Positions 14,340-27,795 of a DNA stretch of 64,000 bases are shown here, one piece after another. The DNA comes from Tubiluchus corallicola. Its lineage: Eukaryota > Animalia > Priapulida. The notes below the pieces were generated by a model. The model was given only the letters and a program-made list of their open reading frames with translations. It was not told the origin of the DNA and searched no databases. Within the stretch, counting starts at the first letter, position 1; every line of letters starts with the position of its first letter. The position numbers and the translations under genes were made by a program. The DNA lies in the NCBI GenBank assembly GCA_030141605.1, contig JAQGDQ010000012.1, positions 62,001 to 126,000 on the forward strand, written 5' to 3'.

Positions 14340-14925
14340 CACAGTACTATTCCTAGACACTCGATGCGTTTCTGTTCTTGACCCCCATTTTTCAGTTTTT
14401 GCCTCCTAACAGAAAATTTCCCCCCTCCAAATAACCCATATACTGCCATACCCAACAACTTCGCCACACCTAACCATATACCAAATATGGTGGCTGTAGC
14501 TAAACTAACAACTATAGAAGAAAAATAAATGAAGACCTGCATAATGAATGTATACATAGTTTCCTTTGCCCAAAGAGTGTACTGTGTGAATTTTTTGCTC
14601 CTAGCCCTCAGTGTGTAAAAGGTCGCCAAATGGAGATCATCCTAAATTTTGCATTTTGGCCCCTCCCTGGGGTATTTAAAGCTTGCCGGCTTTTTAAAGC
14701 TCCACATGCACATCTACCCCATAGTACTCAAATATTTGTGCAAAAACAATTGAAAAAAACTGAAAGCCCTAGGAGTTGCGACCTAAAGGGAAAACTGACC
14801 AATGCTCACTGCCTTCCCCCTTTACCAGATGTCAGAGATCATCACACTGTTGTCCTTTACCCCCCCCCCCCCCCGAGCTATCCACCCTGTGAGTTTGGTG
14901 ATCCTATCTTGCAAGCCTAACGAGT
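14340..14925 (+). mobile_element. Probable Helentron-associated (HINE/DINE-like) fragment downstream of the APAF1 stop
   Basis: GC-richer island with modules ATACCAAATATGGTGGCTGTAGCT and CCCTGTGAGTTTGGTGATCCTATC and C-runs resembling recalled HINE internal repeats; termini not defined. Confidence 0.35.
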
Positions 14926-17768
14926 TAATAAGCAATAAAAATGCGGAGAATAAATAATAAATAGCTGTATAAGATTCAAGAAGATTTTGCTATAGCAGAA
15001 TCTTAATTATATACTTTGAGTCATACTTACAGTTGTTTTAATATAAATTGTTCTTTATATGTGATACAACTGGCATATGACACACTTCTGAAGGCTGTAT
15101 TTAGTACTACTTGATCTTATTCACTTTAGTTGAGAACAGATGCGGGATCTTTCTCACTGCGAACGAATTATGTAATTATAGTAATTATTAATGAATTACA
15201 TGTTATAAAATCAAATTACACTGTATTTGGATTTTTTAGTGATATAAAATACATGTACTTCTATATTTGTGCATTGTGAAATTTATGTACTACTTACAGT
15301 TATTGCAAAGATACACCACTATTCTGAATTCTATCCACTGCCATTGAATATGTGTAACCATAAGTTTATCAAATTGCAAATTTTGTGCCTTGCTTTGTTT
15401 ATATATTTTCATATAATTTTAACTTTTTAACTGAAGTAATTTGCTGTTTGCTCAATGTATCGTTGTGTAATACTTTTGTTTCTTATGAGAGTTTGACAAA
15501 TTGCATTATCTTAGCTTATTCTGGTGCAACTTTTTTGTACTGTTTGTTATTTTCTCAACAGAAAGTTATATCATGTGATATTTTTTATTTCACTTTTTCA
15601 TGACCAGGTTACAGTTTTCAGTTTTTTCCAATTCACTTAATTTCAGTCATTGTTTGTAAATATTTGTAAAAAATATATTCATGAATATTGAGTTCATCAT
15701 ATTCACTGTAATGTATCTTCCAATGAATCTTGTTACTTTGCAATAAAGTTGCGCTGTTTTTCTCTACAGAGTACCACCTTAGTGACGAAGCATGCTTGAT
15801 GTGTAAATAAAATGCAGTTTTGTAAAGAAACTGTTCTAAAAGTAAAATCTACAAACTTTGAAAACATAACCGCGTCGAAAGTGATGTATTGTAACCGAGT
15901 GTTGATGTGCAGAACTGAAATCAGATTATTTTAACTCCTTGTTCCGTTATAAGTCAAACTTTCAGCTTTGCAACTGCCTAAATAAAAGCCTCGGCAGCCA
16001 GGTCAGCTGGCGAAATCACTTCACTGACATGTTATCTTCAATCACCAATTATTTGTGTGTGAATTTAACGTGGACGGTGTTACTCAAATTGAATGAAAGA
16101 AGTCACATGAAATTAAATGAAGCACCGAAACAGCTATGTATAAAAATGTCTGCATAATAAGCATAATGAAGTAACTGTTATTGTGTGCAGCAGAATTTGG
16201 TAAACTTTGATAGATAAAATATGCCTTGTAAAAAAATGGTGTTTGACTCTGTATTTATGTTTAAATTTTTTTGAGTACAACTCAATTTAATTAATGCTGA
16301 TTGCTCGAAATGAAGCCCTGTGACACCAACCTACAAAGGTGTTTAATGACTCATATTTTGCACTGGACAGACTGGGACAAAATTAACATTTTCTACTAAT
16401 TGGTTTATTAATTCAACAATTTATTGACTAGTACTTCTAAGTAAACAAGTTCTACAACAAAACATTTAAATCAAAAGTGTGACAGAGCAAAATGTAAAAA
16501 ATACAATTTGAACAAACCTAGGAAAATTTGACAGAGTTGATGACTATATAAATTTGGTAGTTACCTTTAGATGAGTGAGCAAAATTCATATAATCACAAC
16601 AACAACATCGTAAATTACAAGTCAGTGTTCTGCATTGGGAAGACCTATTTCAATAATCTGTACATGCACTTCCTCAATCATCTACCGTAATAAACTTTTT
16701 AACAATACTCTAGTGATTGCCACAAGAAAGTACATGTATCCATGTGAATAAATCATAATTAGTAGTCACTGCATTGCTAAAAACATAAATAAACAAACAA
16801 GTTAATAACTAAAACATGCATAATAAAAGCCCCATGGAAAGAACAGCAACCTAACTGCTTTTCTGATTGATATCTATAATTAGTGTCTTTACAGCAATGT
16901 GCAGAAGCAAAAATAGTGACCTGACTACAGTACATAATTACCATGGATAAAATCAGACACACCATTTTAAGTCAAAAATTAACAAAAATAATTAATTTGT
17001 AATATCTTCAAAAACAAATACGTTTACTGTCCAGTCCTTAAAAAACAAACACGTGCACAAAAAAAGATAACAAGGATAATATTAACTGAGTTTTTCACAG
17101 GTGGTTATAAATCGTAACAAAAAAAGGCAGCAGGATAATCGCTTTTTAGGGTTAACACTTTCCACAAATTCAAAGAGAAGACTAGAATATAAACTGTGCT
17201 TCAAAAATGTGATATGGTAATTAACCGTTACTTAACATCATAGTTATCCACAGAGAAAGCAACAACCACCTGGGAACTTCCCATTTGAAAATAGGAGTGC
17301 ACGGTAAAAAACATCTGCTGATGGTAAAATTGCACTAAATGCACGGTAAACTGCCAGAATACAGAAAAAAGCATTGGTAAGGAGTTAACTATTCTGAGAG
17401 AAATTCAAGGACTGCATCTGCCTTCAAATTCTTCTGCAGATGCACTCACTTGCCATTGGATATTTTTGGTGCAACTTTAAAGCAAACAACCTCCTGGCTT
17501 AGCACAATAATTGTTTTAATTAAATTATTGAGCAATAATTTAATTAAAACAAGTGAATTTAGACGTCACAGTACTATGTAATAAGATTTACACATCATTG
17601 TTTTATACCATTGTTGTGCTATCAATTGTATGTCTATTGCCTAGATCTTAAAAGAAAATTGTTGCTCAAAACATTGTGCCAAATGCACATACTGAGTTCC
17701 ACACATCCTATACTGCTTCTAACACTTGAGTAATTATGAAGAAATCATTAAATCTTCAAGCAGTATAT

Positions 17769-20700
17769 TCAATGCCCAAGTAATATAGTATCTCCTATAG
17801 GTGAGGGGAATTCCTTGTTGGCTTCATATACAGTTTTGCCGCGTACAATCGTTCGGTGCACTAGGCCTTGCAAGTGAAATCCGAGGTATGGTGTGAGCTT
17901 ATTTTTATGCTTTATTATTGACTCCTTTACCTGAAAAAAAGAAACAAATATTTGTACATGATTTCCAATCTTCAAAGTAACAATTGGACGGTTATAAAAT
18001 GTGTCACTTTAGAAATGGTAATAACATTATGCCTCCGTCTGGCACCTTGCTCACATGATCATGGCTAATATGAGTTTTCCATTAGTTATCCTTCAGGTTC
18101 ATTTATTCTGAAATAAAGATTATAATTTATACAGATTACTGTACTTTACTATGTGGAAAAATTGTATCTCAATCCTTCTAATCCTGAAGATAAAATTATC
18201 ACGTAACATACTTGGTTTGGGAATTTCTTGTTGTGCTGCATTATGCTGAATTGATAAATTGTAAAGGGTTTTTGGCATTTGCAAAAAGACGAGAACCAAA
18301 TTATCATGAAAATTGAATTAATAATGCCACATGGCAATTACGGCAATGAAAACTGTTAAAAAAACTTTTACCGTTTCCCTTCTCCATAGTCAGCTTTCAA
18401 AAAATGTGTTATAGCCTTCAATGTAAGCAATGTAACACTGTCATTTTACAACTTTATCAGACATTATAAAACAAAAAAGTCACCATTGATCTTCTACTCT
18501 ACATTTCATCAACTAAATGACTGGTGAACCACAACACTGACTAACTCACTCCAAGAAATTTGACCGGCCCTAATAGAAGGATCAAGAAAAACTAATTAAC
18601 CAGCGAGGTCCACTTCGCAGTGACCAGCTGCCTGCTCCCCGATCCTTAAAACTTACAAACACCACGATAACTGTGCATGCAGGATCTACTTAAGTGAAAC
18701 GCATGATTTGATTATTTTTACCTAGACAAAAAAATTCCAGATAATTGAAACAAGCTTAAATTTTGATATAGTTAATGAGAACCAACATTTTAGCTTGGAC
18801 ATAATTTACTAAATATACGACAGCACCTATATTATAGCTATTTGTGAGCACAGTTTTGTAAGCTGGGTCTAGTAGTAAACACATGTGCTGACTGTACTCA
18901 GTAAGACTGGTCAGACAGGATGTCTAGATGTTTTGGCATGTATTCATTGCTGTACATAATTAGCGGATTACAAAAGCTATCTACATATATTGCAAAACAG
19001 ACAGACAGAGCTTTCTACTTTTCAATAGTGATGAAGTAATCTTCTGTTAGTGCAGACACTTATTCTAAAAATGATCCACAAAATGTAACTACTTCCTTAA
19101 AGCCTCATCAGTTCACTGAAGCAAAAATTGCAAAATAAAACACACTAACATACATATGGAATCAAGAAGTATTGATTTAAATTAATTTACAGTGTAATCT
19201 TGAAACGGATCCCAAATCACTATGTCTGCATCATGGCCAACAGCAATGCTTCCTTTTCTTCCCTCCAGGCGGCAGAGCTTAGCAGTGTTCCTGCACAACA
19301 GACGAGCTACATCTTGCAAAGTGAAACCACGAAACTGAGCACCAGTCCACATCAATGCCAAACCTGAACAAACAGTAAAGTACGAAAATTACAACATCCT
19401 TGACGTTGTGCTTCAGTGAATGTTGACCATCACAGTAAGGCTGTCAAAGTGCATGGTTTGTTTACAGAAAGCTTTAAATTACAATAACAAAAGTAATTTC
19501 CAAGTCTTTTTGCAACCAAGCTTCCCTTCCGGAAATAGTACCTGTGTTCAGAAAATGGGCTTTTTATTCCTGTTTTGACACTCAATCTGATTTTAGAGAT
19601 TAAGAATCAACCATTTCTTTTTTCAAACGTCAGATGACTTACATCAGATGACAAGTGCTGATGTTCTACACATTTGTAAAAAATGAACGATAATGTTTGA
19701 CTTTTGACAAATGGTGCCATTGCCACCAATTTACCGAATATAATGCCATATCAAAACTCTGTGTTGTAGTATTATTGTGCAGTTTTTAGCAGAAAAGCCC
19801 TGTATTGTATATCGGAAAATGTAGGTAAGCAAATATGAAGACTGTGTTTTTTGTGCATCAGTTCTTTTGTATATACTTGCTTGTCAACGTTTTCCTAAAT
19901 ATAATCCAGGGGTTCCTGCTATAAACTATGTACATTCTTGTGTTCTTACTCATTTTTTTGTTGTTGTGACACTTTGTAATTGCTACTGTGTAGTCCTGAC
20001 TAGTACTTTTTTATGTTCTCTCTTAGGGTTTTGACTTAGAATTCTTTTGCTTATTAAAATCCAAAAAAAAACAATTTGTTTTTTTCACCTGAAGACACAG
20101 GTGGACTGAAACGTTTGTGGGATCTTTTTTTATTATATTTATTCCAGTCATTAAGAATTATCTCCATGTGTCCTAACAATAGCAAAATGATTATGTAAAG
20201 TAACAGTTACTCTAGAAATCAGTGTGGAGTGCAGAAGCTGAGCCATCCACATTTAGTGCTCACTTAGCATGCCTCTTGTTTTCCATGTGTATTGCATGAA
20301 GACAGCAAACCTATTTTATATTATCAGCTTATACCAATTATACAGACACGACAAATGCATGACGACACTTGTTAAAAGCCATATTAACTGCAAAAACATA
20401 TTTTTCACATTTACTTTATTACAATAATTTTTTATACATTTTCTAAGTTTAATTATCACGACTAATATTCTTGAGGAATGCACATTCAAGAATTAAAAAA
20501 ATTGTTATTTGAAGCTTAACTAGGCTAATCATCTCAACTACATTATTCACACGAAAACAAATAAAACATCTTACCAAACTGAAGAGATGAAATGCCACCC
20601 CAAGCTGACATAAAATCACCAGTGTTCAGTCGCTTCAAATCTGCCGTGCAAGGACTATGATCTGAGACAACCATGTCTATATAACCATCTTTAAGAGCAG

Positions 20701-23700
20701 CCCATAATTCTTCCTGCAAAATTAATCACACATTTTCAACTATCATCAGCATAGTTTTCTACTATTACTCCAATCATAATACAAAAATCATTCTAATTCA
20801 AAATAGAATAGTTAAGTCCTCAGTGCTTGCCTCAGAGCTGAAGTTCAAGTCTTCAGTACTCAAGACTGAATACAAAGTTGAGTACTGCACTTTTTTAAAG
20901 TATCTTCCCTCCCAAATTGAGTACCATATTTTAAAAATAAAATATTCATCATTCTGTTGAAGATACAGTATTATAAATGAAGACTTGCTTCAAAAGCAAT
21001 TTCCAAGTTAGCAGCATCTCGCAGTTGCCAGCATTAATCTCACTAAATTTTCCTAGCTGTCGGAGATAAAAATTACATTTGAAATTACACTTCACGACAT
21101 CTTTAGTATGATGAAGTTTAAGATGAACCTGCTTTAAAATGCTGACAAATATCGTACAAGCACATTCGATAATTATGTAAGTAATGGTATATGGGTTGAA
21201 TGTGCAGGACAAAAACTTAATGATGATTAAAAAATAAGTGTAAAAATGGTCACTATTTTACGTTCACAAATTTTACTTAAAATGAACTACAAATGTTTAT
21301 GTTTCCAAATTTATTTGCAATATGCTTGCTTATATGTCAACAGTTGACACTGTTTTATATAGAGTTTTGAATGTTTAAGTCCAAGTCTGAACCTTTCGCA
21401 TCCAAGACCCTAAAAAGTAGAATCAAGACCCAAATCACTCATGACTCTCATGACAAATAAACATGACTGCTGACCAAACTAAAACTGAGTTCAGACAATA
21501 ACTTTTTAAAAATAACACAAAAAATGGAACATAGCTTTAGTTAACACTGCAAAAACATGAAAATTTTTTATGCACCCACCTGGTTGCTTTTCTCCCTCAC
21601 AGGAGGGCAGCACTTGAACTGTGTTTCTCCATCCTGTATCTTTTCAGATATGAGTGATAAGTAATGGTGACAAGTTTCCACAGTGATTGGTGCACCAGCT
21701 GCCTGAGCTGCCCGAATTGTAGGAAGAGCTTCTGCTGAGGATAAATGCACAATATGGCAGCGAACGCTAGTAACAACAAAAACAATAAAATAAAATATAT
21801 AACACAACAGGAGTAATCAAAATTTAAATCTATGATAAACAATACATAAATTGCAATTAATTTTTTAACTCATTTTAAATTAGTAACAAATCATTCAGTC
21901 ATAAGCACGGTATTAACAAATAAAGTCATAGATTACGTCAGCTATAAAAAACAAATTGAATTCACGCTAAATGTTTCGTTTTTTCCCATCTTCAATCGTT
22001 AATTTCAAAGCTCCAAAAGCTAAACTGGAATGGAAGCTCAACTTACTGATATTCTAGGCACAAGTCACACACTAGCTTGACTGCATCATTTTCCATCTGT
22101 TTTGACCGAGAGTTAAGAAATGTGTCATACTGCCTCACATCTGCTTCTGAAAACAAAAACAAACCCATTTAACGTCAGCCAATTTTCTTATTTAGATAAA
22201 ATAGTAAACAAAAAAGAAACAGAAGAAAAAGAAAAAACGAAAAAAACGAAAACGATAGATGAACAAAAGAATCGACAGAAATAAGTGAGAAGTCACAGCG
22301 CTTGCTTAGGAATCACAGTTAAGCAACACCAAGTCTGGTTAGTAAACGAATACATGACTTAGCAAAACAGCTTTCGTGTGATTTTATGTGCCGTACTGCT
22401 TCTGATATTTATCTTGCTGAACTCAGTGGTTCGATGTCTTATCCTAAAAAAACAACTCTTGATAAGAAGCTATGTTTTGGCCTTGTCCCAACCAGCCACA
22501 CGAAACAGATATTGTAGTTGTACATTGGATCATATCTTGCAAAGTGTTAAATTATATAGAAAAAGTAATCTTATAAAACAAATGTCAAAATCCATTCACA
22601 ACAAAATTTAGAAGTAACTTCGAATAGTATCTGATTCTAGCATAGAGTTAAGAATTAATCTTATCTGTAAGCAGGAAATAAAACATGGCTGGCATCTAAG
22701 TATCATATGGCTTATATCAGGCAAATAATTAAGAAAAATTTCAACTGTTAAATGTCTACTAACCAACATCCCCAGTGTCTTGGGTGTCTGTTGCAGGTGG
22801 CACTTCTACTTCTGCATGGAACTGTAACAGACAAGGTAAGAGCTACCTTAAAAAAGAGAGCAACACCAATGGCATCTTAACAGTAACCAATAAGGTCCAC
22901 ATAATAATAAAAATGGATCTGAAATAACGTGTACTAAATGGCAAAACAGTTTGCTATGCTATTAATGCCAAAGTAGGACAAAATGTTCTCCTTGAGTTTT
23001 GTTCACTCACCAAATAGACAGTATTTGTGTCACGCAGCTGTGTCATAGCTGTGCGAACATCTGCTTCTGTCACGCAGGGAAACTCGTCAAGTCCGCTATG
23101 AATAAGAAAAGACTTGAAACCCACCACACCCTCAGCTATCATGGGCTTCAGCTCAGCCTGTTTAAAAAACAATACAAGAGCAACAATACAATACTGCAGA
23201 GAGCACCAGTGGTGGGACATTGGTTATACTTTTCATAATTTATTAATCAGATGAAAAAGATAGCATGTTACTTGGATTTTACGGCAATGACTGCTATATT
23301 TGCAGTTCAATTTTTATGGTTTTTCTATACAGTAAGTAAAAAATGGTATCTGTAGTACTTTCAGTTGCAGATGAAAAAATAATCTACAAACAGAAATAAA
23401 AGCCAAAATCAATTACAATCAATTAAACTGGTTAATAGGTCCCACCACTAGACAACATAGTTTCTCAATTTACCATTCATGAATGGAAATTTTCTTATCG
23501 TGTATTAAAACAGGTGAGTTTAAATTAACTGTCACTGATTAAACTAAATTAAACATAACATGACATGATATGGAAAATAAATTAAATGTCATAGACTTTG
23601 GTTAGCACATGTGTTCGCTGCAGAATTCATTGTCGACCAAACTTTATTTTGTGAGCTCAAAAAAATGCAACATGTTCAGGAGCATAGCTTTTTGAAAGAA

Positions 23701-26700
23701 AGAAAGTAAACTCATATAAATTATTTTATGGTCGCTGCGGAACTAAGGCTAGCACGAGATTACATCATGCAACATCAACAGCCCTCAAACTTGAAAGGAC
23801 TTCCCTACATTAAAACCAATCTCTACTTCCACATACACTCTCATAATATTTACTGCCTTATCTATAGCAGGCCTACCGATTATGATTTGTCCAATTTATA
23901 TGACTTGCTACAACTAACTCTTATTGTATAACCTGTAGTCTGCTCTACATTAAAATTAATCTCTATTTCCACTTTACTTACAGTCATGCGTAATGTATAT
24001 CAAGCCTACTAATTATAATATATGTGATTTATTCTGATTGCTTAAATTTTACAGCTAAAGTCACTGCTGCCTCTTGAGCCATCAGCAAAAATATAAATCC
24101 AATATAACAGATAAGAAGTATACAAACCATACGTTTTTATTTGTATACTGTCTGCAGTGCTTAGCTGATAACTAAGTTCTGAAAGTACAGGTCACACAGA
24201 ACAAAAAACTAGGTTTCGTACAAAGTGGAAAATCTCAAGGCTCAGTTTAAAAATACTACCAAAAAATAACAATTAGTGTAAGAATTGCAGGTCTAAACAA
24301 ATATAAAATGTTAAATGGTAATTTATTAACAGTATGTCTTCAAACCTGGAAATCATGCTAAAATAATAAATTTTCTAATAAAAAAGTAACCATCACTGTA
24401 GTACCATCTGGCACTACTCCAAAGTTAATTTTGGCCAAGCAGAAGTTAGGGCTTAAGGTTTCTGATAAACAATTTCGTACAACGAACGGACATCTCACAT
24501 CTTGAAAATTCCATTTAAATCAGCAAAGCCAATTTGGCACCACTGACTATAATACAATGTGTACCACAGCATAATATTTTAATACAAGGAACACATGATT
24601 TAAGCATCATAAGAAATGAGACTATATAAAATAATAGGTACTTAACGTACAGTAATCTTTCCATTGAGAAGCTGTAGTGAAACTGTGTAAGACCCATTTA
24701 TTTTGTGCCATTTTGTCACTTGCTCCACCATACTGTTTAAACACGTACAGAGGAAACTTCAAATTAGTTTAACAGCAAATGCCTACAGCACATGTCTAGA
24801 CGAACACCGAGCTAGAAATTCTATAATTAAAGGAAGACCGAACAATTATTTAGACTCAATCTCATCTTAATTTACTGTCCAAAATATACATTTTCTTGCC
24901 TATAAAAGTTAACAATTGTTCCTTATATTTGAATAATTAGCTTAGAAAGTTAATTAACAGCAACCGAACACAGCTATTGCTTGTCAGAAACGAAACACAG
25001 TTTGTGCAATGGCAGGCGTCTTTCCTTGCGCGTCAAGCACATTTGCATAGGTGTTACAGTACTGCTTAAACGCATGTCACGAAAAATGGGCTTTACATCA
25101 TATGACGTCATGAAACTAACACAGCAGTTCATGATTATAGTTATCACGGTACCGCCTTCTATTTGTCGGCCACAAAAAGGCGCCGCTGCCAATCTTAGTA
25201 GATTCCCTGAGGCGCACGTAGCTTTGAAAGTTTAACAAAATTTGAGTATCCGAGGTAATTATTATTTAATCTAAGCTTTGATTTAAAATAAGCTATTGTA
25301 GTTTTCAATATTTTAGAGCATTCTTTATTCTGAACTCGTGTTTACACAATCATCCGGTTTTCCTTTAATAATTTCCAAATCTGTAGGAAAAAATTCTTCA
25401 CAGAAGCAAGAGCATACTGTTACAATTATAATTACCTGGTTTCCGGGTACAATTCCTCCCCAGAATGCAACATCGACGTGACATTTACCTCGGGCAGCTT
25501 TAAGCTTTGTTTGTAATGATTCCACAGACGTTGTGACTGGACTGCAGTTTCTAACATCACAGTAAAGAAAAGAATTAATAGATATTAACTCTCAATTCTT
25601 TCATTTAATTAATTTAATCATTTTTGTTTACTGTTGTGGTTATGAAATTCTTTGCTTTAGTGCCAATTAAGGGAGCAGTTACGAAGTACAAGATATTTAA
25701 AGATGTAAGTAAATAATACAAGGTATTTAAAAAAGTCATTCTTATTATTTTAATTTATTAACTATGCAAAACAATCAGAACTTACATTTAAAGCATCATT
25801 TAAACAAATGTATAGAACTATAAGAAATTTGCAAACATTTTTTCCCAAACAGCAGGCCTACCACTTAGTTATATAATGTAATACGTGTGTAATTTTCACA
25901 AATACAGGTACTGCTATGGTTATGGGCGCTACTGGCTTTGCAGTGTGTGTGTGTCCTGTATGCAAGTTTATAGATATAGAGTGGTTCATCAGTTGATTAG
26001 CCATTACTGAACCCAAACCTCAGGAAAATTTTAAAAATTGGCTTACAAATTTCAAAAATTTAAAATACACAATAAAAAATATATGTCAAATGCTAGTACT
26101 AAGCACATGACCTTCACCTATAATTGATTGCACTGTTGGGTGTAAGTTACAACTAAATGATTGACAAAGTAACAAGCTAGATTCAAAAGTTACTCACAAA
26201 AAATCTAGCTAGCTACAGTACTAGCTACTTTGACTTTTTGTGCTGATAATCCTATGTCTCAGGATAACGTGAGACCTATTCCTAAGTATAAAATTTTGAC
26301 AATCAATTTAAATAAAGTTGAAAGCAAATTTATTGCACTTATTATATATTTTTGTGCTAGACCTATATTGTAAACAAAAGCTGGCAAAATTATTGCTAAA
26401 CCCATTTATTGGCGTTTCGGTTTAAATTTTTTTACGTTTGGCTCTGCTAGGCGGCTGTTTAACCAGCAAACATGGACAAAATTTTCTAGTACAAAGAATT
26501 GGCAAATTAAATAAAATAGAAATGTAGAACAAAGCTGCAAATTAATTAATACTAATACATGGATGCATGTTCCATTTAGTCATACTTCAGCTATATGTAC
26601 CCTTTGTCATACTTTATAGATCTATACTTTATCTATAGCACTCACAATTTTCTGTAATGATAAATTGCCAGCTTGTTGTCTTGGAAATGACTGCTGTCAC

Positions 26701-27676
26701 AGGAAAATTACTGGTAATCTCTATTTACTAAGTTGCTGGGCGGTGTACAACGTTGAATCCAATAATAACGACATTTATAAGGTTAATTATTGCAATTAAA
26801 AGTACTTATTTTGTATATCCATGGAAGTAAAATATTTTGCAGATTATAATAACGAAGTAGTGTATTACATGTATAGGGAGCTTTTTACTCTTACTATGAC
26901 CATACTTTACTTTTAGGTTGTTACTTGTAAAAAAATAAAGCTGCAATTCGCTAATGCTACTGAAAAGCGAGTTTTGGTAACACCCAAAAATTTTGATATG
27001 TTACTATTGTTGCATAGACATTTCCAGAAACATTTTGGCATCTACTGGTTAAACATAGTTAGAGACTAAAAGTTAGTGAAGGCACACCCTCGTGTGATTG
27101 ACGCACTGACACATTTTACTGTTTCCTTACAGTGGCATATCGACAATTGTTGTTATGCCGCCTGCAGCAGCTGCCTTTGTTGCAGTCTCATAACCTTCCC
27201 ATTCAGTTCGACCTGGTTCATTTACGTGTACATGAGGATCGATGACTCCTGGCATAACCAGTAAATCACCTGCATTGAAAACCTGAAAAAAATATAAAAA
27301 ATGTTATTAACATGTACAGTGCATTCAGCTTACAAATACAAACCATAAGTGTTGCCTGTACTGGTTTAGCACAGCACAGCACAAAGCTACAGTATCAAGT
27401 AGAATAAAACTATTAGTAGCCAAGTGTTAACTAACTAGGCTCTATACAGATGCCTCTGGATATTACATGCAATATAAAGGGCATAAACTGAAGCAACAAT
27501 TCAATAGTTAATTAAGTTAAAAATTATACTTCGTCATATCCCGATTCATCTTTCAAGTGATCTACGCCTCGATGAATCTCAGTCACTTTGCTTCCGCTGA
27601 TTACAAGACAAGCAGGACATATCTCTGTATTTTCGTCTAACAAAATTCGACGACCTTTTATTAACCACCGTCCCAT
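17769..27676 (-). CDS. Allantoinase (metal-dependent cyclic amidohydrolase), 10 exons, 459 aa
   Basis: Minus-strand exons 27676-27530, 27282-27131, 25550-25436, 23157-23011, 22821-22764, 22146-22047, 21766-21580, 20713-20575, 19363-19191, 17930-17769 (1380 nt, phases consistent, all GT-AG). Motifs: [48 protein letters not shown] (carbamylated Lys), [43 protein letters not shown]. Confidence 0.95.
20821..21470. mobile_element. Degenerate hAT-like MITE relic in an allantoinase intron
   Basis: Begins CAGTGCTTG; both ends carry clustered CAAGTC/CAAGAC/GAGTAC subterminal motifs; no clear TSD. Confidence 0.3.
24831..25364. mobile_element. Kolobok-like non-autonomous element with TTAA target duplication
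   Basis: TTAA|AGGAAGACCGAACAATT ... AATCATCCGGTTTTCCT|TTAA (TIRs 13/17 match), CpG-rich interior. TTAA flanks with purine-purine termini fit Kolobok better than piggyBac (CCC/CCT start). Confidence 0.7.
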
Positions 27677-27795
27677 ATTGTCAGTGGTGGCGCCATCTGT
27701 AGTCAACTTCACGTGGTTACTATTACATAGTTGGTCTTCGGCAGGTGTATTTATTAAAAACTCGGGAGTTGTTATTGTGAATAATAATTTTGAAA
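27677..27795. promoter_or_regulatory. Compact bidirectional promoter / 5' UTR region shared by allantoinase and LRRC59
   Basis: 119 bp between divergent ATGs. Locally CpG-retaining. Contains E-box CACGTG (27710-27715) and GGCGCCATCT (27689-27698; YY1/CTCF-like, reads AGATGGCGCC on the minus strand). Confidence 0.7.

Noticed and set aside
14330-14920. Back-to-back 99-aa and 96-aa ORFs
   Set aside because: They lie in a repeat-like GC-rich insert, with no recognisable domain or splice support.
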